A stretch of 64,000 nt of DNA from Gammaproteobacteria bacterium. GTDB taxonomy: Bacteria; Pseudomonadota; Gammaproteobacteria; JAJFKG01. Location: NCBI GenBank assembly GCA_965116795.1, contig OZ220716.1, forward strand, positions 842,503 through 906,502, in the 5' to 3' direction. Of the stretch, positions 11,487 to 21,563 are shown in pieces (within the stretch, counting starts at the first letter, position 1; every line of letters begins with the position of its first letter). The notes beneath the pieces are model-generated. The model made no database searches, was not told where the DNA came from, and saw only the letters and a list, made by a program, of their open reading frames with translations. Both the position numbers and the translations under genes were made by a program.

Positions 11487-12863
11487 TTAACTCACAGCAG
11501 GTAATATCAACACTTGCCCAACACGGATTGTATGGTTTGATAATTGATTACGTGTGCGGATTGCATTCACTGATACATGATATTGTTCAGCGATTGCAGA
11601 TAATGTATCACCTTTAGCAACATGATATGTCATCTCTTGATGACGTTGTGCTAATTGTTGTTGCTTTTTAGTGGCATAATACGTTCCACGTGGTGGGTGT
11701 TGAGTAAAGTACTGTTTTATCCCAGCTAAGATAGCACGCGCTATCCGTTTGCGATAAGTACTGCTGCGTAAGTTGCGTTCTTCACTCGGATTGGAGATAA
11801 AACCAGTCTCGATTAGGATAGATGGGATATCAGGTGATTTTAATACGACAAATCGGGCTTGTTCAACTTTGTTATGGTGTAGCGAGTTTAACAGTCCTAG
11901 TTTCTTTAATACAGTGGAGCCAATATTTAAACTCTCGGCAATGGTTGCCGTTTGCGATAAGTCAATCAATACTGATCGCAATGTTTTATCGTTGCTCTCT
12001 AAACCATTTAAATCAACGCCACCTAATTCAGAATGATTTTCTTTTTGTGCTAACCAACGTGCAGCTTCACTACTAGCACCACGCTGTGATAATGCATACA
12101 CAGAAGCACCACGTGCCACACGATTACGATAAGCATCAGCATGGATAGCGACAAACATGTCTGCTTTTGCTGCACGGGCTTTTTGTAGACGTGTGCGTAA
12201 CCTAATAAAATAATCACCACTACGGGTTAATACTGGGGTTAAACCCGGTTCACGTCGCATTAATTGATATAGTTCTTTGGAAATGCTCAAGACAACGTTT
12301 TTTTCACGAGTACCCTTGCTGCCAATAGCCCCGGGATCTTTGCCACCATGGCCAGGGTCAATCACCACAATAATATCGCGTGTAAAGGCTTTCTTTAACG
12401 GCACATCAGCAATGGGTTTAGTAGCAGGGGTTACGGTTTTCTTAGTAGTAGTGGGCGTTGTTTTCGGTGTTAGCAACAGGACTAATCTGTCACGGTAGTG
12501 TAATTCAGGTTCAAGTAAATACGCACGCGCATTGATCGGTATTTTAGCATCTAATACTAATCGAATAGTTTGTGATTGTTTGCCAACACGAATCGCTTTG
12601 ATCGGTGTATTGGTTAGCTTAAGTTTACTAAGATCAGTTGCCAGTGTTGCGTTGCGAATATCTAATATCACACGTGTTGGGTTTGTCAGTGTGAAGTAAG
12701 TATATTTGACCGGTTGATTTAACACGAATACAAGTTGTGTTTGCTTGTTGTTGGTTGTTAGCCGTGCAGCGCTAATGGTTGCTGTACTAGCAGCAGTGAT
12801 ATGGCTGCTGACAAGACACAGGCTGAGTAAACTAATGATTGTTAACAGGTGGCGATACGTCAT
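11487..12863 (-). CDS. amiB: N-acetylmuramoyl-L-alanine amidase (AMIN + Amidase_3 + LysM)
   Basis: Signal peptide, IDPGHGGKDPGA, IHADA, PSILIETGFISN, C-terminal LysM (YHVAKGDTLSAIA). Confidence 0.93.
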   Translation of the reverse strand: MTYRHLLTIISLLSLCLVSSHITAASTATISAARLTTNNKQTQLVFVLNQPVKYTYFTLTNPTRVILDIRNATLATDLSKLKLTNTPIKAIRVGKQSQTIRLVLDAKIPINARAYLLEPELHYRDRLVLLLTPKTTPTTTKKTVTPATKPIADVPLKKAFTRDIIVVIDPGHGGKDPGAIGSKGTREKNVVLSISKELYQLMRREPGLTPVLTRSGDYFIRLRTRLQKARAAKADMFVAIHADAYRNRVARGASVYALSQRGASSEAARWLAQKENHSELGGVDLNGLESNDKTLRSVLIDLSQTATIAESLNIGSTVLKKLGLLNSLHHNKVEQARFVVLKSPDIPSILIETGFISNPSEERNLRSSTYRKRIARAILAGIKQYFTQHPPRGTYYATKKQQQLAQRHQEMTYHVAKGDTLSAIAEQYHVSVNAIRTRNQLSNHTIRVGQVLILPAVS

Positions 12864-13372
12864 GATTTTGCCTTAGTAACTACATGAGCCACTTGGGCTA
12901 ACAATTGATTGCCATGGGTAGATTGTGCTGATAATTTGATGCATCGTTGTTCTTCAACTTGGCCAGTATGCATAATATGGCATATGACATCGGCTAAAGG
13001 CAATTGCTCACCGCCTTTTTCTGGCCATTCGATGAGGCAAATACTGTCTGCTGAACAATAATCATCAATACCAATCGTAACTAGTTCAGCCGGTGTAGTT
13101 AAGCGATACAAATCAAAATGATAAATATGATAATCACGGATGCGGTACGGTTCAACCAAGGTAAATGTTGGGCTTTTTACGCGGCCTGTTATGCCTAGTG
13201 CTTGCAATATGCCACGTACAAGCGTTGTTTTGCCAGCGCCTAATTGGCCTTGTAAATATATCACGCAAGGTGGAACACAGGCGTTGGCAATGTGTTTAGC
13301 TAATTCGTTGGTTTGCATTAACGTAGTGATATTAACGCAGATAGGTTGATATACGTTACATGATGTTGTCAC
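12860..13372 (-). CDS. tsaE: t6A biosynthesis ATPase TsaE
   Basis: GQLGAGKTT, VKSPTFTLVEPY, HFDLYRL, IEWP. Confidence 0.96.
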   Translation of the reverse strand: MTTSCNVYQPICVNITTLMQTNELAKHIANACVPPCVIYLQGQLGAGKTTLVRGILQALGITGRVKSPTFTLVEPYRIRDYHIYHFDLYRLTTPAELVTIGIDDYCSADSICLIEWPEKGGEQLPLADVICHIMHTGQVEEQRCIKLSAQSTHGNQLLAQVAHVVTKAKS

Positions 13373-13374
13373 GA

Positions 13375-14856
13375 TTAACCCATTAATTGTTTTAAGTAAG
13401 GCAGTAAATCAGATGCTATCAAACCACGTTCACCTGAACGTGCAGCTAAATCGCCAGCATACCCATGAGCACATACACCGATACACGCTGCTTTATATGG
13501 ATTCAGTCCTTGTGCATATAAGCCAGCGATGACACCACTTAATACATCACCCATACCACCTGTTGCCATACCTGGGTTGCCAACGCAACATATGGTGGTA
13601 TCAGCTGTGTTTGTTGTACCGATAAGTGTGCCAGCGCCTTTTAACACAACGGTAGCTTGGTAACGTTGGATTAATTTGTGTAGTGCGTTAATGCGATCAT
13701 GTTGAATGTGATCAGTGTTACAATTTAATAGGCGTGCTGCTTCACCAGGATGTGGAGTTAAGATTGCATTAGTGATAGAGGTAGGTTGTTTAGCTAATTG
13801 ATTTAAACCGTCAGCATCGATGATACACGGCTTATTCGTTGCTAGTGTGGCTTTGAATAAGTCATTTGCCCATTGGTCATCACCCAGTCCAGGACCAAGC
13901 GCAATGACAGTAGCACGTTCGAGTAAATGAGTCAGTCCAGCTGTGTCATTAACCGCATGCACCATTAATTCTGGCATGTGGCTTAATAAAGGAGTGACGT
14001 GTTGAGCACGTGTTGCTACCGACACTAATCCTGCCCCAACGCGATAGGCAGCTTGTGCTGCTAGTGCGGCTGCACCGCCCATACCGTAATTGCCACCAAT
14101 AACTAATACGTGACCGACATTACCTTTGTGAATAGTACGTGCTCGATTGGGTAATTGTGATTGTACAGCTTGCCAGTCTATACAATGTGTCGTTGAAGTG
14201 ATTTGGTCAAATATAGATGTTGGTAATTGTAAATCGGCTAACTGTACCTTCCCAGCATAGTGCACACCATCACCAGTAAATAACCCAATCTTATAACCAA
14301 TAAAGGTGATCGTTTCAGTCGCATTGACGATGTTACCATTATGACTGCCAGTATCAGGATTTAATCCTGATGGTGAATCAAGGGCGAGTATAGGTCGTTT
14401 TGCTGCATTGATTAAGTCGATCAGTTTGGCAACATCAGTGCGAACAGCACCATTTACACCGGTGCCTAAGATGGCATCTACCAATAGATCAGCATTGGAT
14501 AAATCAACAGGTTTGATCTGAGTCATTGCTTGACAAGAAACACCGTGTTTTAGTGCATATTCAATTGCATGACGTGCAACGGCTATATTAGCTTGAGGTA
14601 TATCACCTGTATGCACTATGCTAACGAGATAATTTGCTTGTTTAAGTAAACTAGCCAACACATAACCGTCACCACCATTATTACCTTGTCCACAGCATAT
14701 CACAATGCGTTTTGCTGATGGTATGTGTGTTTTAATATAAGCAAATGCCGCATCAGCAGCGCGCTGCATTAATGTGTCTTCAGTGATTCCTGCTGAGGTT
14801 ATAGCTAGCTGTTCACATTGGCGAATTAGTTGACTTGTGTACAGTGGAATGTCCAA
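13375..14856 (-). CDS. nnr: Bifunctional NAD(P)H-hydrate epimerase/dehydratase
   Basis: GNNGGDG, DAILGTG, GPGLG, DADGLN, TPHPGEAARLL, GMATGGMGDVLSG. Confidence 0.95.
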   Translation of the reverse strand: MDIPLYTSQLIRQCEQLAITSAGITEDTLMQRAADAAFAYIKTHIPSAKRIVICCGQGNNGGDGYVLASLLKQANYLVSIVHTGDIPQANIAVARHAIEYALKHGVSCQAMTQIKPVDLSNADLLVDAILGTGVNGAVRTDVAKLIDLINAAKRPILALDSPSGLNPDTGSHNGNIVNATETITFIGYKIGLFTGDGVHYAGKVQLADLQLPTSIFDQITSTTHCIDWQAVQSQLPNRARTIHKGNVGHVLVIGGNYGMGGAAALAAQAAYRVGAGLVSVATRAQHVTPLLSHMPELMVHAVNDTAGLTHLLERATVIALGPGLGDDQWANDLFKATLATNKPCIIDADGLNQLAKQPTSITNAILTPHPGEAARLLNCNTDHIQHDRINALHKLIQRYQATVVLKGAGTLIGTTNTADTTICCVGNPGMATGGMGDVLSGVIAGLYAQGLNPYKAACIGVCAHGYAGDLAARSGERGLIASDLLPYLKQLMG

Positions 14857-14982
14857 GTTATGTATGTCTCATCAGTCACATTTTAAGTGGCCAAGAGGTT
14901 ACCATGTCGTTTAGTTAAAGCCCAGTGTTTATCGCTAATAGCCACCCCAAAGCTGACTGATAATTATACAAGTAATGTATAC

Positions 14983-15549
14983 TTAGCTGCTGGATTTAGC
15001 ATCGGGTAATGCAAACAAGTGTTCACGGTAATAGCGTAATTCATCGATTGAATCACGGATGTCTTGTAGTGCTAAGTGTTGAGTTTCTTTATTAACACTA
15101 TTATAAATGGTGGGTGCCCATGCTTTAGCTAACAGTTTCACTGTGCTTACATCAATATGCCGATAATGAAAATATTTCTCTAGTGTTGGCATTAAACGAT
15201 GTAAAAAACGGCGGTCTTGGCAAATGCTATTACCACACATCGGTGATTTGCCTGCAGGTACCCACTGTTTTAAAAAATCCAAGGTTTGTTGCTCAGCGTC
15301 TGCTGCAATCAACTGACTTTGGCGAACGCGATCAAGTAAGCCGGATTGGCTATGGTGTGTTTGATTCCATTTATCCATTTGAGTGAGCACATCATCAGGT
15401 TGATGAATGGCGAGCATTGGCCCTTCGGCTAAGACAGTTAACTGTATATCAGTAACAATAGTGGCAATTTCAATAATATAGTCTGTATCCGTATTCAATC
15501 CTGTCATTTCAAGATCGATCCAAATGAGATTAGTTGCTTTTTGCACCAC
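14983..15549 (-). CDS. orn: Oligoribonuclease
   Basis: [36 protein letters not shown]; GTG start at 15549 chosen for RBS AAGGAA. Confidence 0.95.
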   Translation of the reverse strand: MVQKATNLIWIDLEMTGLNTDTDYIIEIATIVTDIQLTVLAEGPMLAIHQPDDVLTQMDKWNQTHHSQSGLLDRVRQSQLIAADAEQQTLDFLKQWVPAGKSPMCGNSICQDRRFLHRLMPTLEKYFHYRHIDVSTVKLLAKAWAPTIYNSVNKETQHLALQDIRDSIDELRYYREHLFALPDAKSSS

Positions 15550-15944
15550 GTTATATTTCCTTAACAGCATAATTTGATAAATAAAGTAAGCAGTATAACA
15601 TGATCAGCTATAGGTAGCTGTGTGAACGGTTGGAAGTGATAGTGTATTTGTCAACTTAATGAGTATGTAATAGTAGACAAAAGCTTAAATGGTATTCAAA
15701 GATAATGAAATGGTTACTTTACGTTCGTCCTGCTATAGCTGCAGGCAATTTGGGGCGCCGAAGACGAACGTAAAGTGGAAGCTCTCTTGATAATTGACAT
15801 TATCTCTTGCCTAGCAAATCAATTTGTTAGCAATTTAATATCATAGATCGCGGGCATTGTAAGCAATAAGACATAAAAAGACAAGTTAGTTATTTTTAAT
15901 AAGTAGATCTATTGTTTCGCTAAACCTGCATAGTTTAATTGTAT

Positions 15945-16619
15945 TTATAACTTAGTGCGATTTTTATCGCGATATGCCATTGACCCAACCAGTCTGGCGA
16001 CTAAGACAGCAAGGTAAAATATACCAGTGACTTCTTCCAGAATGACAATAGAGCGCGCGTAAGAATTAATTGCAATCACATCACCAAAGCCGACAGTGGA
16101 TAGTGTAGTAAAGCTAAAATACACTAAATCATAGTTGCGCACTAAACCAAATCCTTGGTTACCACTATATAAAAACGAGCCTGGAAAAATAAATTCGATT
16201 AACTCATATAAGTTGCCGTACGCGATTCCAATTAGTAAATAAGCCGATAATGCTCCGAAAATTAAGTCGCGGGTTATTTCTCTTTCTTCTAATACAATCG
16301 TAATAATCATAATGGCAACAGTACAATAAAATGAGAATGATAAAATCAGATCGATTAATTCATATTTCATATTAAAGTGATTGACTTTAAGTAGTGTTAC
16401 TAAAAAGATTACCATGGCAATCACAGTAAGATACAAAAAGTGTTTCTTGTTTTCACGAATCGAATAAATAGAAGTGATGATAATGATGAGTGATAATCCG
16501 CTAATGGTTAATTCACCATAAGAACGAGTCAGAAACAAAGGGCTTACCAGAATCATCAATATTAAACTAATAAATAACGCAATAAATTTATGTTCTCTAT
16601 TGACAATGGTTCGGTGCAC
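15945..16619 (-). CDS. Potassium channel family protein (Ion_trans_2 pore)
   Basis: Multiple TMs; YFSFTTLSTVGFGD pore helix and selectivity filter; no RCK domain. Confidence 0.88.
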   Translation of the reverse strand: MHRTIVNREHKFIALFISLILMILVSPLFLTRSYGELTISGLSLIIIITSIYSIRENKKHFLYLTVIAMVIFLVTLLKVNHFNMKYELIDLILSFSFYCTVAIMIITIVLEEREITRDLIFGALSAYLLIGIAYGNLYELIEFIFPGSFLYSGNQGFGLVRNYDLVYFSFTTLSTVGFGDVIAINSYARSIVILEEVTGIFYLAVLVARLVGSMAYRDKNRTKL

Positions 16620-16721
16620 GCGCTTCTCCCTAAGCTAGCATTAATGTTTCCTGTTAACGACTATAACATAAGATCATGTAATAACAAGTAATGCTATTCG
16701 ATGGCCATCCTGTAATTAGAT

Positions 16722-17515
16722 TTATAAAGAAATTGTGCCAATCAGGTAAGGTGTAACCTGTCCAGTGAGTTCAACTTGATCATCTAGTAAGCGGCATATG
16801 AGCTTACCAGAGCGTGCGGATAATTGTCGTGCGCGTAATGTGGTTTTATGTAATTTTTCAGCCCAGTATGGAACAAGCGTACAGTGTGCAGAGCCAGTAA
16901 CTGGATCTTCAGTGCATGAGTTCAGCGGTGTAAAAAAGCGTGACATGATATCAATGTTTGGATCGTCACTAGGGGCAGTTACAATAATACCGAGTGTATC
17001 CAATGGTGCAAACATATCGCAATCTAGCTGTAAATCACGCAGTGTTTGTGCTGAATCAAATATTGCTAAGTAGTTATTAGCACGATATACCGCTGTCGGC
17101 ATAACACCGAAACCCGTCGCAAAATAATCTGGCATTGTGCACGGCTGTGCGGATAACGCAGGAAACGTCAGCACAATCCCTTCGTTAGTGCGTGTTGCCA
17201 GTAATGTGCCTTTTTTCTGAGTGGTAAATGTCAATTCATTGGTAGTTAATTCAATATATAATTGAAGATCACATATGCAGCAGCTAATGTTGCATGACCA
17301 CATAGCTCAACTTCGTGTTGTGGTTTGAACCAACGCAAATGATATTGGCCATTTTCACCGACAAAAAATGCTGTTTCCGATAGATTATTTTCAGCAGCAA
17401 TTGCTTGCATAATGTTATCTGGCAACCATGTGTTCAGTGGGCACACGGCAGCTGGATTTCCTTTAAATAAAGTATCAGTAAACGAGTCAACTTGGTATAA
17501 CGTATACGTACTCAT
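16722..17515 (-). pseudogene. PhzF-family isomerase, frameshifted
   Basis: N-half (QVDSF..FKGNPAAV, NLSETAF, EVELCGHATLA) and C-half (EDPVTGSAH, ARQLSARSG) lie in different frames, joined at a TATATATT run near 17253-17260. Confidence 0.88.
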
Positions 17516-17600
17516 GTGTGATTTGTATTACTATTAAATTGGTTACTAAGGCAAGATTATACGAGCCTTTCTGTTGCAGGGTCAATGACTCAAGATCTAT

Positions 17601-18140
17601 CTATTTAGGTAATGCAGTCAATGCGATAGCTAGTGCTTGTGCAAGCCAAGGTGTGTATTGCTCAGGGTGTTGCTGCAATCCTTCATGTAATCTGTCTATG
17701 TTCATCCACGTATAATCAGCAACTTCACTTGAATTTATGTTAAGTTTAAGCGCAGCATTAGCAATTCCAATGAACACATGATCAATTTCATTTTCAATTA
17801 AATCATTATTACAGTTAGCAATATAATGAAACTTGTCGACAAATTGTAATGGGATAGTGATCCCCATTTCTTCACGTAAGCGTCGTTTGGCTGCAGTTAA
17901 TGTTTCTTCCTGAATATAAGGGTGGCTGCAACAGGTATTTGTCCATAATCCACCACAATGATATTTATCTAATTGGCGTTGTTGTAATAAACAGTCCCAT
18001 GTGTGTTGTTGTTTACGGAATATAAATACAGAAAATGCACGGTGACGTAATCCTTGTTGATGAGCCGCCAATTTTTCAATATCACCGATGGAATTATCCT
18101 GTTCGTCTACTAGAATAACATTTTGATATTTTTGGGACAT
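17601..18140 (-). CDS. idi: Isopentenyl-diphosphate delta-isomerase type 1
   Basis: HRAFSVFIF, GLWTNTCCSHP, RRLREEMG, ENEIDH; start set at MSQKY. Confidence 0.94.
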   Translation of the reverse strand: MSQKYQNVILVDEQDNSIGDIEKLAAHQQGLRHRAFSVFIFRKQQHTWDCLLQQRQLDKYHCGGLWTNTCCSHPYIQEETLTAAKRRLREEMGITIPLQFVDKFHYIANCNNDLIENEIDHVFIGIANAALKLNINSSEVADYTWMNIDRLHEGLQQHPEQYTPWLAQALAIALTALPK

Positions 18141-18209
18141 TACACTGTATCTCAAGTAATATAATAATAGTCTCGCATAGTAGCGTAACAATAGTTATAA
18201 TGCCAGGCC

Positions 18210-19106
18210 ATGACATTAGCCACATTTTTTCAACAATATCAGCAACGCATTAATACGTATCTACAGTACAGATTAGATAACACAGCCTGTGCTTCAGCAT
18301 CACTGACTGATGCATTGCACTACAGTGTACTCAATGGTGGTAAACGGTTACGCCCGCTCTTAGTGTATGCTATTGCTTACGCTCTAAAACATGATCAATT
18401 CATATCGTACTTAGACAATGCTGATCGTTGTGCAGCAGCATGTGAATTTATCCATTGTTATTCGTTAGTGCACGATGATTTGCCAGCGATGGATGATGAT
18501 GATTGGCGTCGTGGTCAGTTAGCATGTCATAAACGCTTTAATGAAGCAGATGCCATATTAGTTGGTGATGGTTTACAGGCATTAGCATTTGCGATGATCA
18601 GTGAACCGATGGTATTTATTGACGGCGAGCAACAATTAACAATGTTGTCGTTATTAGCCAATGCTGCTGGTTTTGCTGGGATGGTGGGTGGCCAGGGATT
18701 GGATTTGGCTAACCAAACAACTACCTTAGATGAATTAGTCAAGATGCATCAATTAAAAACAGGCGCATTATTTACTGCCGCAGTTGAATTAGGTGCACGT
18801 TGTGTTGGGTGTACTGATGATCGGTTGTTAGCTCAACTCAATCAATTTGCTCATCATTTAGGATTAGCATACCAAATCCAAGATGATGTCTTAGATATTA
18901 CTCAATCTAAAAAGGTATTGGGTAAACCACAATGTTCAGATGTGATTAATGGAAAATGTACATTTGTCAGTTTGCTTGGTCTGGATGCAGCAACTGAGTA
19001 TTTACATACAACGTATAAAAAAGCACATGATTGCTTAGCTAATCTTAAATTAGATAATACTATATTAACCGAGTTCGTTGAGTATATTCATCAACGAAAT
19101 TGCTAG
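18210..19106 (+). CDS. ispA: Farnesyl diphosphate synthase / geranyltranstransferase
   Basis: GGKRLRP, SLVHDDLPAMDDDDWRRG, GMVGGQ, QIQDDVLD. Confidence 0.94.
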   Translation: MTLATFFQQYQQRINTYLQYRLDNTACASASLTDALHYSVLNGGKRLRPLLVYAIAYALKHDQFISYLDNADRCAAACEFIHCYSLVHDDLPAMDDDDWRRGQLACHKRFNEADAILVGDGLQALAFAMISEPMVFIDGEQQLTMLSLLANAAGFAGMVGGQGLDLANQTTTLDELVKMHQLKTGALFTAAVELGARCVGCTDDRLLAQLNQFAHHLGLAYQIQDDVLDITQSKKVLGKPQCSDVINGKCTFVSLLGLDAATEYLHTTYKKAHDCLANLKLDNTILTEFVEYIHQRNC

Positions 19107-19109
19107 TAT

Positions 19110-19293
19110 CTATAGCTTTTCAGAAAAATAAATTGGATTTTAGCATTCAGATTGAGTTTAGATGGCCGGGTTTCGATTGAAAAAAAGCGGAAGAATAGTT
19201 GGGCTATTTTGAGCATTTTTTGAATGAGCAACGCGGCTAGGTGAGCGCAAGATGAAATGATACAATCCAATTTATTTTTCTGAAAAGCTATAG
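19110..19293. mobile_element. 184-bp MITE-like element with 30-bp perfect terminal inverted repeats
   Basis: CTATAGCTTTTCAGAAAAATAAATTGGATT ... AATCCAATTTATTTTTCTGAAAAGCTATAG; fills almost the whole gap between two convergent genes. Confidence 0.82.
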
Positions 19294-19299
19294 CTTAGA

Positions 19300-20970
19300 T
19301 TAAGCGATTTTACCTAACAAAAACAATGCACCGTTAACTGGTAATCCTTGCTGTAAGCGAATTGTTTCTGTTGATTTAGCAATAATAGTTAACTGGTTTT
19401 GCTGAGTCAATTGTTGAATATAATTCATATTATGCTGAAATCGACCAGTCGGTTGTAATTGCATACAAGGCTCTTCTGTTAATTCAATGCTAAAAGCAAT
19501 CATGCCACTTGGTTTAAGCAACTGGGCTAATCGGTGAAATAATCTATCCAAATTGCCAATATATCCAAATACATCAGCAGCAATGATCAGATCAAACATT
19601 GTATCACATTGCTCTATAAAGGTTTTAATGTCTGTGCAGGTTAACTGATCATAGATTTGTTTTTCTTCTGCTTTTTTCAACATACTTATCGCCACATCGA
19701 TCCCTAGTAAATAGTGGGCATATGGTTTGATTTTGCTACCCATTAAGCCAGTTCCACAACCTAAATCTAATATATCCCAACACGGTGATTGTGACATAAC
19801 TGTTTTTTCAATTAACTGAGTCAGTAGTATAGGGATTTGATAGCATAATAATGTTTGCAAGTGATTATCATAGTCATTTGCATAATCATCGAATAGTTTT
19901 TTTATATATACTATTGGTGTTGTTTGTTGTTTGCCATCTTGCTTAATAGCGCTTAACAGATAAGATAACGCTGGGTTTTCTGGCGAAATGGTTAACGCTT
20001 TTTCATAGCAAGCAATAGCCATGTCCGTATTATGCTGTTTGTAATAGCATACTGCTAAATTTTGTAGTGCATCAAGATGATCAGGTTGTAGAGTAATTGT
20101 TTGCTGATAATGTTCAATTGCATCAGTAATATTATTTTGCTCAGCTAATATCACTCCCATATTAAAGTGTACACTAGATGAGTTTGGTTCTAATTCGAGT
20201 GCTGTTTGATAACACGCTTGTGCATTGGTTAGCTGATGTTGTTTTACATGTATTGCTGCCAAATTAGCATAAGCATTAACTAATGTTGGTTGTTGCTCAA
20301 TTGCCAGTTGATAATGCTGTTGTGCTTCAGTTAATTGATTAGTTTGCGCTAATAAGTTGGCCAAGTGAAAATGAGCTTTCCCATGAGTCGGGGATAGTGA
20401 AACAACCGTCTGAAATTGGTTTATTGCATTATTAAATTGATCAAGCTTCGTATAAATTAACCCTAGATTATAATGTGCGGCTAAATAATCTGGATGAGTT
20501 GAGATGGCTTTCTGATAATAGAGTTTAGCTTGATTAAATTGAGTGAGTTTATAATATAAACTTGCCAAATTGTTACATATTTCTGCGTATGTGTTTTGCT
20601 TTTCAATTTGCAACTGTTTGTTGTCACTGTCTACACCCTCTTGAGGGTTATCTTCATATTTCTTAATGGCTTTTAAATAGATTAATTCAGCTTGCTTGAA
20701 TTGTTGCTGATGTACTAGACTTAATCCCAGATCATTGTAAAGTGCATGTTGTTCGGGTGTATATCTAATGGCTTGTTGAAAATAATCAATTGCTGTAGGA
20801 AAGTCACCTTGTTTTACTGCTAACATGCCACGTAAACGCAATCCATCAATATGATTAGGAACCGTGTCCAGTAACTTCGATAATAATTGACTTGCTTTAC
20901 TCAGTTCACCTTGTTGGATAAGTACGTTAGCTTGTTTGCATAATGTATCAGCATCATTGTTTACACTCAC
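19300..20970 (-). CDS. TPR-repeat protein with C-terminal SAM-dependent methyltransferase
   Basis: About 8-9 TPR-like repeats, then LFDDYA..YD.HL, ILDLGCGTGLMG, AADVFGYIGNL, TGRFQH. Confidence 0.9.
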   Translation of the reverse strand: MSVNNDADTLCKQANVLIQQGELSKASQLLSKLLDTVPNHIDGLRLRGMLAVKQGDFPTAIDYFQQAIRYTPEQHALYNDLGLSLVHQQQFKQAELIYLKAIKKYEDNPQEGVDSDNKQLQIEKQNTYAEICNNLASLYYKLTQFNQAKLYYQKAISTHPDYLAAHYNLGLIYTKLDQFNNAINQFQTVVSLSPTHGKAHFHLANLLAQTNQLTEAQQHYQLAIEQQPTLVNAYANLAAIHVKQHQLTNAQACYQTALELEPNSSSVHFNMGVILAEQNNITDAIEHYQQTITLQPDHLDALQNLAVCYYKQHNTDMAIACYEKALTISPENPALSYLLSAIKQDGKQQTTPIVYIKKLFDDYANDYDNHLQTLLCYQIPILLTQLIEKTVMSQSPCWDILDLGCGTGLMGSKIKPYAHYLLGIDVAISMLKKAEEKQIYDQLTCTDIKTFIEQCDTMFDLIIAADVFGYIGNLDRLFHRLAQLLKPSGMIAFSIELTEEPCMQLQPTGRFQHNMNYIQQLTQQNQLTIIAKSTETIRLQQGLPVNGALFLLGKIA

Positions 20971-21560
20971 ACTAATGCCTTACCAAATGATAACAATGCA
21001 CCATATGACATAATAAATTGCACGAATAAAATCGCGCATGCCTGTAAACATACCATGGCAACTAGTGGTGATATGTCTATATTAGCAATCGGTGGAATGA
21101 TTTTTCGAAATGGTTGTAAGACTGGATCAGTTAAGCGTGCAATGATATCTACAGCTGGATTTTGCGTGTGTGGCGCTATCCAACTTAATATTGCGCCGAA
21201 TAAAATCGCATAAAAATAAATGTTGATTAATAAATTAATAAGTTCGCCAGATGTCCATACTGCCAAACCAATTGGGTTAGCTAATACATTCGCTTTTAAC
21301 CAAACAATAATGCTTAATTTAACGATGCCAGTTATAAATAATACGATAATTGCTGCAGAATTGATATTTTTATAATAAGAAATAAATTTTCCTACGGGTT
21401 TAACTGTAGGGTTAGTAATGGTCAGTAAAAATTGAATGACAGGATTATAATAATTGACACGTGCACTTTCTAATAAGATTCTGACTAATAATGTGATCAT
21501 ATAAATATTAAAGATAACTTGTACTAAAAATAGGATTGTATTGTTGATTGCGGATAACAC
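20967..21560 (-). CDS. yggT: YggT family membrane protein
   Basis: YYNPVIQFL..ITNP, AILSWI, LTDPVL.PFRKIIPP..IDISPL. Confidence 0.9.
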   Translation of the reverse strand: MLSAINNTILFLVQVIFNIYMITLLVRILLESARVNYYNPVIQFLLTITNPTVKPVGKFISYYKNINSAAIIVLFITGIVKLSIIVWLKANVLANPIGLAVWTSGELINLLINIYFYAILFGAILSWIAPHTQNPAVDIIARLTDPVLQPFRKIIPPIANIDISPLVAMVCLQACAILFVQFIMSYGALLSFGKALV

Positions 21561-21563
21561 AAT

